NCBI GenBank assembly: GCA_965215195.1
Contig: CBDCDC010000002.1
Span: 3,072,001 to 3,136,000 of the forward strand
Direction of reading: 5' to 3'
DNA: 64,000 nt
DNA from: Candidatus Latescibacterota bacterium
GTDB taxonomy: Bacteria > Latescibacterota > UBA2968 > UBA8231
The notes below the pieces were generated by a model that had not been told where the DNA came from, did no database searches, and was given only the letters and a program-made list of their open reading frames with translations. Positions within the stretch are counted from its first letter, which is position 1. Each line of letters begins with the position of its first letter. This document shows, in pieces, positions 54,416 to 63,067 of the stretch. The translations under genes and the position numbers were made by a program.

Positions 54416-56041
54416 TTAAAGGTCATGATTATTAACAGGCCACAAGTATTCACCTATTAAGCTCTGTGACATGCGGTAGTACGATCCTGATAGCTCGCGT
54501 AACATATCCGTTCGAGGTATTCGTTGATGCGTTTCCAACTCTGCCATGACGGTCAGATTGTGCATAATCCGACTCCATCGGTTGTTTGAAAGTCGATCGA
54601 AAGAATCGCAAAACGGACAGTCATGCCTTATACTTTCTTTCCATAATTTGAATTCTGTTTCATTCAAACTCCCGTTCTTTCGGGAATTAAAAGTAACCAG
54701 ATAACCTCGCATAAATGGAAGGAATATCTTGCCATATCCACCAGAGCGCATCCAACCATTAGAGTCAAATGAATGCACACCGGCTAATGATAGCAGATAG
54801 ATTGCAGGCGGTGTTGAAATACCGAAGGTGTGTAGTTTGACACCGTCAGAATCCAGCATCCGAGTCAATTGTCGAAGAATCATCAGCGCACTGACATTCA
54901 ATCGGTTGATAGAGTTTGAAGTCCCACTTGTTGGAAATGAACCGAACCCGATTCTCTTAAAATTGGTATATTGTCGTAGGCAATAGTCGAGATGTTCACT
55001 TCTCGTTGCGTGAACAACGGGCATCGCCTTCTGCTGAATTGCGTAAGAAAGGTCACCATAAAGTTGCAGGCTACCTTCAACAGTTTGTTTTATCTTCGCT
55101 TCCGCAGAACTCAGCGAATCTTTGCTGAGTGGTGGATTATCTGGAAGAACATAGATATCCGCCCAATCCTCCTGCTGATAGCGTTCATAGAGTTTTCGGT
55201 GAAGGTCGTAGTAAGAGATGTCTCCTTTCTGGACGAAATAGCCACCAGAGTCGAACATGACTACTTCCGTTTCACCTATTCGTTTCAGTTCCCGGACAAA
55301 ATCGAAGGTGTACTTGTGAGCAACGACAGGAGAGATAAGCACCCGTTGAAATGGATTCGGTTTGCCGAACTTCCAATCAAAATCGTGTGCATTTTTATGC
55401 CAGAGGCGGTGCAATGTCCTCATCTCATCCGGTTTAACAGTCAGGGAGGCGTAGAAATGCGCGAGTGCGTGAGGTTCGGTTCCCCATGTGAAGGATTGCT
55501 GTAAAGCCTGATTACCAACCATGCGGAGAAAGGAGGTACTCGGGGGTGTTTCCGCGTATGAGCCGTGTATTGGGGGGAGGTGGTAGTACCACACCTGGAG
55601 CCGTCTCTTTTTACCTTGCTCCGTTTCGGCATGCCGAAATCCGCATTTTTGGTAAAATTGATTGGCACTCAGATCTTGTGGGCACTTGAGACGAACATAT
55701 TGCCCACCGGCGAGGTGAACACGTCGAATTAATTCGCTCAGCAAACGGGTGCCGACACCTGTGCGCCTATATGCGTCAGCTACTGCAATTTCGTACAGTG
55801 TTGCGTTTCTATCCCGTCTGATTCGGAAGTTTGCAAAGCCTGTGACCATGTCACGCTTTCTCTGATCCTTCCATTCGGCGGCAACGAGCAGCCACCCTTT
55901 GCTTTGTGCTGCCCGCAAAATGGCGATGTTGACAAACCCTAATTCCGATCGATATTGATCCGCAATCCGTTTCGCGCCTTCAACGTCCGCTTTCCGCGCA
56001 AGTCGAACGGTTATTGGTTGTTGATGTTGTGGCAAAATCAT
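54416..56041 (-). CDS. GNAT acetyltransferase fused to a TGT/DpdA-like guanine transglycosylase
   Basis: N-terminal YEIAV...RRTGVG...ANQFYQKCGF; C-terminal FDSGGY, LPDNPP, MPVVH, LHTFG, SFDS, HDCPFC...HN. Confidence 0.85.
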   Translation of the reverse strand: MILPQHQQPITVRLARKADVEGAKRIADQYRSELGFVNIAILRAAQSKGWLLVAAEWKDQRKRDMVTGFANFRIRRDRNATLYEIAVADAYRRTGVGTRLLSELIRRVHLAGGQYVRLKCPQDLSANQFYQKCGFRHAETEQGKKRRLQVWYYHLPPIHGSYAETPPSTSFLRMVGNQALQQSFTWGTEPHALAHFYASLTVKPDEMRTLHRLWHKNAHDFDWKFGKPNPFQRVLISPVVAHKYTFDFVRELKRIGETEVVMFDSGGYFVQKGDISYYDLHRKLYERYQQEDWADIYVLPDNPPLSKDSLSSAEAKIKQTVEGSLQLYGDLSYAIQQKAMPVVHATRSEHLDYCLRQYTNFKRIGFGSFPTSGTSNSINRLNVSALMILRQLTRMLDSDGVKLHTFGISTPPAIYLLSLAGVHSFDSNGWMRSGGYGKIFLPFMRGYLVTFNSRKNGSLNETEFKLWKESIRHDCPFCDSFDRLSNNRWSRIMHNLTVMAELETHQRIPRTDMLRELSGSYYRMSQSLIGEYLWPVNNHDL

Positions 56042-56055
56042 GCGATGGAACTCTT

Positions 56056-57816
56056 TTATAATTTAGGTATTAAGTCTTCGAAAGTAAGATTGGTATAGTC
56101 AAAATCCGTTTCCTCCTCAATTTTGTTTACCTGTGACTTCAACGTCCACTCGAAAGGCATCGTTTCCACAAACAAATCTGTATAAAAATTTAATGCTGCG
56201 ACAATCAGTCTCGTCTCCTCTGGGTCTTTGGGGGACAATACCTGAGCAATCCACTCAATAGGTAACGGTCCATTTGACAGTAACTGTGTGAGGACTTGTC
56301 GATATTTTGAGGCTTCCTCCCAAAGGTACAAGCCGTAGGTATCATTATCATAAACTTGAAAGCGGTAAGGTTGTTTTTCGCAGATGCCGACAACATCAAA
56401 AGGCGTCAACCTGAAGTTGCCGAGTTGACTCCATATTCCATTGGCAATCGCTTTTGCCGCGGTGGGTTCATTGGTCATTCGGAGATACCATTCGATGAGT
56501 GACGCTTGTCCTATGGCAGTCATTGGCTTTTCAGGGTTGAACCACGTCCACTCCTTTAGCCCGATGAGTATTTTTCCATACTGATGAACTTTCAAGAGGG
56601 GATAACTTGTAATCCTATTGAGCAAATGCTCTGAATCGAAAGCTGTTTTGCTCTTTTCTTGAATGAGGTGTTGGCATTCTGCCAATGCTAAAGGCCAATA
56701 GCCGTAACATTGGAGTCTCGCTGCAAATTTTGCAAAAACATCTTGAATGCGTTCTCCTGATTTCAGATGGCAGACGCCATCAATAATTTTGTAATCGTCT
56801 GTCCCTAAGCATATCCATGCATCACCGAATGCTTCATCAAACCAGTCGCTAATCCACTGTTCACTATCGCCCCATCCCAACCGCTGATGAATAATTTCTC
56901 GGAGATTCTCGACGGAACACCACCCACCACCCTTTGCTAAAACATCGCGGATAGATTTGTTCAAAAGACGGCAGATCGTGGTTGCAATTAAGTGATTGTC
57001 CGCGCCTTGATTAATTTTATTGTTGATTGCCTTCTTAATTTGCCTGACTCGCTCACGGCTAACCCCAAGTAATTCACCGATTTGCTGTAAATTTTTAGGG
57101 GTTTCCTCATAACCATAGTAGTACTTAACAATCTCCTGTTGGCCGGATTGCAGGCGTTGAAAAACTACGCGACCGAGTTCGGAAAGCATCTGAATCTGCG
57201 GTAATTCGCCAGAATGACCATTATTCGGATCAAACACATCAGGATTTGCTATGACCTTATTTACTGTTTCCTGAATTTCAGCCAGAGATTTGTGTCCAAA
57301 ATTCCTAAATCTGCCGAGCCATTGTTTGGGAGGGAGTTCGGCAATCTCTGCAAGTGTTTTGAAGCCTTGATTAAGGAGAATATTTTGCGTCCGAACACTC
57401 CAGGTGAATTGACGGATAGAACTGTTTTGAAGAGCGTTCCAAGTATAGGAGGGTACTTTTATGTTCAGGAGGGGGATAAAGACCGATTGCACTTCTGTAG
57501 AATGCTCATCGTTCGTATTGGACGATATAATTTCTGATCCTCGATCGCAGTTGGAGGCAAATTTTAAGCTCGTGAGAAATGTCCAAATCTCTTCGGCTGT
57601 TTGTTTGCCACAATTTCTGAGAGCAAGTAGACAATCAAGAGTTGTAATTTTCTCGATTAGCTCTTGTTCGTCTATAATGTTTGCCATTGACAGACAATTG
57701 GATGCACGAACGCTAAATCCTTTAGATCTCCAGAATTGTGCAGTTATTTTTCTTTTTCTAGGTTCCATCCGTGCTTCTCTAATCCGTTCCTTCACTGTCA
57801 TTTTGAGTCGAAACAC
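56056..57816 (-). CDS. Tandem RNA polymerase alpha-CTD-like domains plus sigma70 region-4 HTH and further helical domains
   Basis: FSVRASNCL...LRNCGKQTAEEI; WSVRTQNIL...RNFGHKSLAEI; LQQIGELLGVSRERVRQI. Start codon uncertain (57816, 57801 or 57768). Confidence 0.8.
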   Translation of the reverse strand: MFRLKMTVKERIREARMEPRKRKITAQFWRSKGFSVRASNCLSMANIIDEQELIEKITTLDCLLALRNCGKQTAEEIWTFLTSLKFASNCDRGSEIISSNTNDEHSTEVQSVFIPLLNIKVPSYTWNALQNSSIRQFTWSVRTQNILLNQGFKTLAEIAELPPKQWLGRFRNFGHKSLAEIQETVNKVIANPDVFDPNNGHSGELPQIQMLSELGRVVFQRLQSGQQEIVKYYYGYEETPKNLQQIGELLGVSRERVRQIKKAINNKINQGADNHLIATTICRLLNKSIRDVLAKGGGWCSVENLREIIHQRLGWGDSEQWISDWFDEAFGDAWICLGTDDYKIIDGVCHLKSGERIQDVFAKFAARLQCYGYWPLALAECQHLIQEKSKTAFDSEHLLNRITSYPLLKVHQYGKILIGLKEWTWFNPEKPMTAIGQASLIEWYLRMTNEPTAAKAIANGIWSQLGNFRLTPFDVVGICEKQPYRFQVYDNDTYGLYLWEEASKYRQVLTQLLSNGPLPIEWIAQVLSPKDPEETRLIVAALNFYTDLFVETMPFEWTLKSQVNKIEEETDFDYTNLTFEDLIPKL

Positions 57817-58071
57817 CTCAGACCCAAGATGCCCGTATGCAGAACACGCTCACGGCCCTGTCCGATCAGCGATAGGCCGCTTCCAAGCGTACCGCTCGTC
57901 CTCGTGATCCAGTGGAACCAAAGTGCCCGTTTTGCAATTTTTCAATATAAAGACAACCGACCTGGCCTTCAACCGACCCCACGAACCTCCCGGTAAGCCA
58001 AGCCGATCCATTGTAATGAGCCAGTGTTCCTATATATTAGGAACAGCCAACACCTCCCACCCCAAGCCGCC

Positions 58072-59877
58072 ATGCACAACCTGCGCCAATTTCTCGCTCG
58101 CCTGCGCCGCGAAGGCGAGCTCGTCACCGTTGACGCCCCGGTTTCCTCTGATCTCGAAATCGCCGAGATCCATCGCCGCGTCCTTGCCGCCGCTGGTCCG
58201 GCCCTGCTCTTTACCCATGTCGAAGGCGCGGATTTTCCTTGCGTCACCAATCTCTTTGGCACGGCACGGCGCGTCGAGCTGGCCTTTGGCCCTAGGCCGG
58301 AGCAGTTTATCCAGCAACTAGTACAACTCGCCCAAGACCTGCCGTCGCTTTCGCCGGGCAAGCTCTGGCCGCACAAAAACCTGATCCCCGCCGCCCTGAA
58401 AGTCGGGCTGAAGACCGTCGGCAAAGGCCCCATCGGCGAATGCGTACAGTCGCCGCCCGACCTTGCGCGCCTGCCCTTGCTCAAGACTTGGCCCGAGGAC
58501 GGTGGGCACTTCATCACCTTGCCGCTGGTCTATAGCCAACACCCCGATACTGGCCATCACAACCTCGGCATGTACCGCATTCAGCGCCACGACTCCCAGA
58601 CCCTCGGCATGCACTGGCAAATCCAGAAAGGCGGCGGCTTCCACTACCACGTCGCCGAGCAGCGGGGCGAAAACCTGCCGCTGGTCGTCTTCGTCGGCGG
58701 GCCGCCGGCCCTGATCCTCGCGGCGATTGCGCCTTTGCCCGAGGATTTGCCCGAGCTGATGTTGGCCTCCCTGTTGCAGGGCGAGCGCCTGCGCCGCGTG
58801 CAAGGCTCCAGTCTGCCGCTGATCGCCGAAGCCGAATTCGCCATTGAGGGCGTGGTGCTGCCGCACGTGCGCAAGCCCGAAGGGCCTTTTGGCGATCACT
58901 ACGGCTATTACTCGCTGCAACACGACTATCCAGTGCTCCAAGCCAAGTGCCTCTACCACCGCAAAGACGCCATTTTCCCGGCCACCGTCGTAGGCAAGCC
59001 GCCGCAGGAAGACATGTTCCTCGGCACCTACATCCAGCAACTCATGACGCCCTTGAGCAAGTTGGTAATGCCCGCGATCAAGGCCATGTGGAGCTACGGC
59101 GAGACCGGCTATCACTCGCTGGCGGCCATCGTCGTGGAGGAGCGCTACCCACGCGAGGCCATGAAATTCGCCTTCCGCATCTTGGGCGAGGACGGCGGCC
59201 AGCTCAACCTCACCAAGTTCTTGGTCGTAGTAGATCGCCCCTTGGACTTGGGCGACTTCCGGCAAGTGCTCGCGCATGCCCTAGCGCGTGCGCGGCTCGC
59301 AACCGACCTTTTCGTCATCGCCAATCTCGCCATGGATACCCTCGACTACACCGGGCCGGCCGTGAACCAAGGCAGCAAAGGGATCCTCCTCGGCGTGGGC
59401 GATCCGATCTGGGAATTGCCCGGGGAGTTTAGCGGCGACCTGCCCGGCGGGGCGCGCGCCGCCGCGGTCTATTGCCCTGGTGCTCTCGCGGTCCAAGGCC
59501 CGGCTTACGAAGAAGATCCCGGCTACGCCCAACGCCTCGCCGAAGACCGAGCCGTCGCAGCTTGGCCGCTGATATTTTTAGTTGACGACGCCAGTACAGT
59601 CGCCAAGAACGTCACCTTTCTCTGGAGTACCTTTACCCGCTTTGAGCCGGCTGCCGACACGTATGCCGCCGCCGTCCAGCTCCGCCGCCACCACCCCTGC
59701 TATACGCCGCCGATTGTCTTGGACTGCCGCATGAAACCCGGCTACCCAGACGAGCTGATAACGGACGAAGAAACGGCGCAAAAGGTCAGCCGGCGCTGGC
59801 GGGAGTACTTTCCCCAAGGCGGTGTAGAAGGCGCGGAAGACCGCCGCGGCTACGCCGGATTTTCCCTGTTGGATTAA
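58072..59877 (+). CDS. UbiD family decarboxylase
   Basis: NLFGT, NLGMYR, PEGPFGDHYGYY, VGKPPQED. Confidence 0.93.
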   Translation: MHNLRQFLARLRREGELVTVDAPVSSDLEIAEIHRRVLAAAGPALLFTHVEGADFPCVTNLFGTARRVELAFGPRPEQFIQQLVQLAQDLPSLSPGKLWPHKNLIPAALKVGLKTVGKGPIGECVQSPPDLARLPLLKTWPEDGGHFITLPLVYSQHPDTGHHNLGMYRIQRHDSQTLGMHWQIQKGGGFHYHVAEQRGENLPLVVFVGGPPALILAAIAPLPEDLPELMLASLLQGERLRRVQGSSLPLIAEAEFAIEGVVLPHVRKPEGPFGDHYGYYSLQHDYPVLQAKCLYHRKDAIFPATVVGKPPQEDMFLGTYIQQLMTPLSKLVMPAIKAMWSYGETGYHSLAAIVVEERYPREAMKFAFRILGEDGGQLNLTKFLVVVDRPLDLGDFRQVLAHALARARLATDLFVIANLAMDTLDYTGPAVNQGSKGILLGVGDPIWELPGEFSGDLPGGARAAAVYCPGALAVQGPAYEEDPGYAQRLAEDRAVAAWPLIFLVDDASTVAKNVTFLWSTFTRFEPAADTYAAAVQLRRHHPCYTPPIVLDCRMKPGYPDELITDEETAQKVSRRWREYFPQGGVEGAEDRRGYAGFSLLD

Positions 59878-59882
59878 CCCTC

Positions 59883-61283
59883 ATGGACGATGCCCTAGCG
59901 TTTGCCCCCGTCGCCGAACTCGCCACCCTGATCCGCCGCGGCCAACTCTCCCCGCTCGAACTCACCGATCTGTACCTAGAGCGCATTGAGCAGTACGATC
60001 CGGCGCTCAATGCCTATCTCGCCGTCACGGCCGAGCGGGCGCGCGCCCAAGCCCGCGCGGCCGAAGCCCAGATCGCGGCCGGCACCTACCTCGGCCCTTT
60101 GCACGGCATTCCCCTCGCCTTTAAGGATCTCGTGGATGTGGCGGGCCTGCCCACCACCGGCGGCTCAACCCTGCTGCGCGACAACATCGCCGCGGCCAAC
60201 GCCGCGGTGACCCGCCGCCTTTTTGCCGCGGGCGTCGTGCTCTTGGGCAAGACCCAGCTCGTGGAATTCGCTTTTGGCGGCACTGGCGTCAACCATCACT
60301 ACGGCACCCCGGTCAACCCTTGGGATCCCGAAATCCACCGCCTGCCAGGCGGGTCGTCTTCTGGCTCGGGCGTGGCCGTGGCGGCTGGACTGGCACCGGC
60401 GGCCCTCGGCTCGGACACCGGCGGGTCGGTGCGGATTCCCTCGTCCTTTTGCGGCCTTACCGGCCTCAAGCCCACCTTTGGCCTGCTCCCCAACACCGGC
60501 GTCTTGCCCCTCGACCCCACCCTCGACAGCATCGGGCCTTTGTGCCGCACGGCACAAGACTGCGCCCTGTTGTTCCAAGCGATGGTGGACCCGGCCCTTT
60601 GCGACTCGATTTTGGAGCGTTTGGAAGGCGAGGTCGCCGGCCTCCGGCTCTGCTTTCCGCGCGAGTATTTCTGGGACGATGTCGATGCCGAGGTCGAAGC
60701 GGCCGTGCGCACCTCGGCGCACATTTTCGCCGACCTCGGCGTCTATGTCGATGAAATATCGCTCGATGTGCTCAACGACTTGGCCGAATGGCGCAGCGGG
60801 CCTAGCACCACGGCCGTCGAAGCCTATCTCTACCACCAGCGCAACCTTGAAGCGCACCTCGATCAGTTCGACCCCATTGTCTCGGCGCGCATCCTCGACG
60901 GCCGCGATACTCTCGCCGCGGACTTCCTCCGGCAGCTCAGAGTGCGCGACGCGCTGCGCCGCAAAGCCCGCATGGCCCTTGAAAACGTAGATTTTCTCAT
61001 TACCCCAACCACCCCTTTTGCCGCCCCGATTCTCGACGAGATCGACCGCGACGACGTCTATTTCCCCATCAACGGTCTCTGCCTGCGCAATACCATCGCC
61101 GTCAATCTCCTCGACCTGTGCGCCGTCTCCCTACCCTGTGGCTTCACGCGCGATGGCCTGCCCATCGGCTTGCAGCTCATCGGCCACCCTCGCGACGAGG
61201 CGCGATTGCTGCGCCTCGCCCGCGCCTTTGAGCAAGCCACCGACCACAATCTCCTCACGCCTGCGCTCGACGACTTCGCCTAG
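59883..61283 (+). CDS. Amidase (GatA-like amidase signature family)
   Basis: GPLHGIPLAFKD, GGSSSGS, GSDTGGSVRIP. Confidence 0.93.
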   Translation: MDDALAFAPVAELATLIRRGQLSPLELTDLYLERIEQYDPALNAYLAVTAERARAQARAAEAQIAAGTYLGPLHGIPLAFKDLVDVAGLPTTGGSTLLRDNIAAANAAVTRRLFAAGVVLLGKTQLVEFAFGGTGVNHHYGTPVNPWDPEIHRLPGGSSSGSGVAVAAGLAPAALGSDTGGSVRIPSSFCGLTGLKPTFGLLPNTGVLPLDPTLDSIGPLCRTAQDCALLFQAMVDPALCDSILERLEGEVAGLRLCFPREYFWDDVDAEVEAAVRTSAHIFADLGVYVDEISLDVLNDLAEWRSGPSTTAVEAYLYHQRNLEAHLDQFDPIVSARILDGRDTLAADFLRQLRVRDALRRKARMALENVDFLITPTTPFAAPILDEIDRDDVYFPINGLCLRNTIAVNLLDLCAVSLPCGFTRDGLPIGLQLIGHPRDEARLLRLARAFEQATDHNLLTPALDDFA

Positions 61284-61290
61284 GGACGGC

Positions 61291-61319
61291 TTGCCAATAT
61301 GCGGAGCGAACTCTATATT
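61291..61319 (+). promoter_or_regulatory. Sigma70-type promoter of tRNA-Glu
   Basis: TTGCCA-17 nt-TATATT, 14 nt before the tRNA. Confidence 0.65.
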
Positions 61320-61333
61320 TTTTTGCTCTACGT

Positions 61334-61408
61334 GCTCCCATCGTCTAGCGGTTAGGACCCAGGGTTTTCAACCCTGTAACCGGAGTTCGAGTCTCCGTGG
61401 GAGCACCA
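61334..61408 (+). tRNA. tRNA-Glu(TTC)
   Basis: Acceptor stem GCTCCCA/TGGGAGC; anticodon arm CAGGG-TTTTCAA-CCCTG; GTTCGA T-loop; encoded CCA. Confidence 0.96.
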
Positions 61409-61434
61409 TTTTTATGTACGCTGAGGAGGATCTT

Positions 61435-62304
61435 ATGTTCGACATTGGCATCTTCGCCCCCTTTGGGGCCGACCACGATCGCAATATCGCCTATTGCCGC
61501 GACGCCGGTGCCACCCACATCGTCTTGAACACCGGCCAAATCTCTTCAGACGACGCGCCCGCGGCCGACGCACTCAAGACACTAGCCGACCAATACGCCA
61601 GTGCCGAAGTTGTGCTAGCCGGGCTGACCCCGCCTCGCCTCAGCCTCAACGCCTGCGTTGACGACGCGGCCCGCACACGCGAAGTGGGGTACATGCGCCG
61701 CCTAATCGAAAACATGGGGCACGCGCAAATCCCTTTCGTGCATTTCTACCTCAGTGCCGACGCGGCCCCCACCGACCCGGACCAGCGGCAGACGCACTGG
61801 CAGGGCTTGGTGGAGATCTTCCGCGAACTCGGCCAAATCGGCCAAGACGCCGGCGTGCGAATCTCCACCCACACGTTTCACGTGTCCGACCGCCTGATCT
61901 GGAACAGAGAGACCTTTGCGAATCTAATGGCCGCAACCGGCTCGCCGGCCCACGGCCTGACCTTCTGCCAAGGCAAGTCGCAAATGGCCGGCGATAGCCT
62001 GCCCGACACCATCCGCCACTTCGGCGAAAAGGTCTTTATGGTCCACGTGCGCGACATCGCCACCAAGGCCCAAGGGCCTTCTACCCCGAAAATCGAGCAG
62101 CGGCTGGCAGACTTGGGCTACCTCGAAGTGCCCTTTGGGCAGGGGGAAGTCGATATGGTCGGCACCATCCGCGCCCTCAAAGAGATCGACTACAAGGGCC
62201 AGATTTACCCCGAGCACTTCCCAGCCATCGCCGGCGACCACGCCGCCGGGCTGGCTTGGACTATTGGTTACATCCGCGCCTTAGACCAAGCGGTCGTCTT
62301 CTGA
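61435..62304 (+). CDS. Xylose-isomerase-like TIM barrel (sugar phosphate isomerase/epimerase or UxuA-like)
   Basis: GAGGAGG RBS; VHVRD, EVPFGQGEVD, YKGQIYPEH. Confidence 0.8.
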   Translation: MFDIGIFAPFGADHDRNIAYCRDAGATHIVLNTGQISSDDAPAADALKTLADQYASAEVVLAGLTPPRLSLNACVDDAARTREVGYMRRLIENMGHAQIPFVHFYLSADAAPTDPDQRQTHWQGLVEIFRELGQIGQDAGVRISTHTFHVSDRLIWNRETFANLMAATGSPAHGLTFCQGKSQMAGDSLPDTIRHFGEKVFMVHVRDIATKAQGPSTPKIEQRLADLGYLEVPFGQGEVDMVGTIRALKEIDYKGQIYPEHFPAIAGDHAAGLAWTIGYIRALDQAVVF

Positions 62305-62314
62305 GAGGATTGCC

Positions 62315-63067
62315 ATGTCTCATCTCTCGTCCGTAGACAAGCGTTCCTTTAGGGAAAGTGGCTGTCTCATCGTCCGCGGCGCACTCACGTCCGCGCAAAT
62401 CCAAGACGCTCAGGACGCCCTCTGGACCGGCATTGAGGCCGACCGCGACGATCCTGCAACTTGGGTTGAAGCGGGGCCTCGTTCCCCGGTGCCCGCCCAT
62501 CACCCGGCCATCCGCGCCGCCGTCCACGAGTCGCCGCTCTTTGCGATGATGGAGGAAATGGTCGGCGAAGGCCAGCTCAATCCCAACAACGCCGGTCCCG
62601 CGCTGGTTTACCCATCCAAAGACAAGGCTTGGTCTCTGCCCGAGCGCGGCCATCTCGACGGCTACTACACCCCTACCAACGGCGTACCCGAAGGCACGGT
62701 CAGCTACATGACCATCAACGTCACGATCTACGTCGAGGACATCGACTCGCAAGGCGGCTGCTTCATCTATTGGCCCGGCAGCCACAACGTGGCGTACGAG
62801 TACTTCCAGACGCACTCGCTGCTGTCCGTGCAGGGCGGCGTTTCCAGCGACGTATTTCCCGAAGGAACCTTTCCCAAAGGGTGCGAATTCGTCGGTAAAG
62901 CCGGCGATGCCATCTTCTGGCACGGCCAGCTCTTTCACACGGGCTCCAAGAACGTCAATCGCAGCATCCGCATGGCTCTCATCGGCCGCTTCTCGCGCAA
63001 AGACGCCAACGATATCCGCTTCGAGACCTGCGACGACCAATGGGCGCATTGGAAGGGGATTCGCTGA
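62315..63067 (+). CDS. Phytanoyl-CoA dioxygenase (PhyH) family protein
   Basis: HLD, WPGSH, AGDAIFWH...H...R motifs of 2OG-Fe(II) oxygenases. Confidence 0.85.
   Translation: MSHLSSVDKRSFRESGCLIVRGALTSAQIQDAQDALWTGIEADRDDPATWVEAGPRSPVPAHHPAIRAAVHESPLFAMMEEMVGEGQLNPNNAGPALVYPSKDKAWSLPERGHLDGYYTPTNGVPEGTVSYMTINVTIYVEDIDSQGGCFIYWPGSHNVAYEYFQTHSLLSVQGGVSSDVFPEGTFPKGCEFVGKAGDAIFWHGQLFHTGSKNVNRSIRMALIGRFSRKDANDIRFETCDDQWAHWKGIR

Larger units (their letters stand above)
46250..57816 (-). other. AT-richer genomic island: BREX-related, TGT/DpdA-containing putative defence operon
   Basis: Seven co-oriented genes with mostly very short gaps; base composition visibly differs from the flanks; PglZ, ATPase, HerA and TGT motifs. 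Confidence 0.8.

Noticed and set aside
54416-55600. Housekeeping tRNA-guanine transglycosylase (tgt)
   Set aside because: It lacks the canonical bacterial TGT N-terminus (TPxFMPVGT), is fused to a GNAT and sits in a foreign operon; a DpdA-like role is more plausible.
46250-57816. Canonical BREX type 1-6, canonical Dpd cluster, prophage or ICE
   Set aside because: No PglX or PAPS reductase, BrxL, DpdB-K set, integrase, structural or conjugation genes were recognised; no att repeats were found at the island edges by eye.
61018-61434. N-terminal extension of the 428-aa ORF
   Set aside because: It overlaps the amidase gene and tRNA-Glu; the true start is ATG 61435 with a GAGGAGG RBS.
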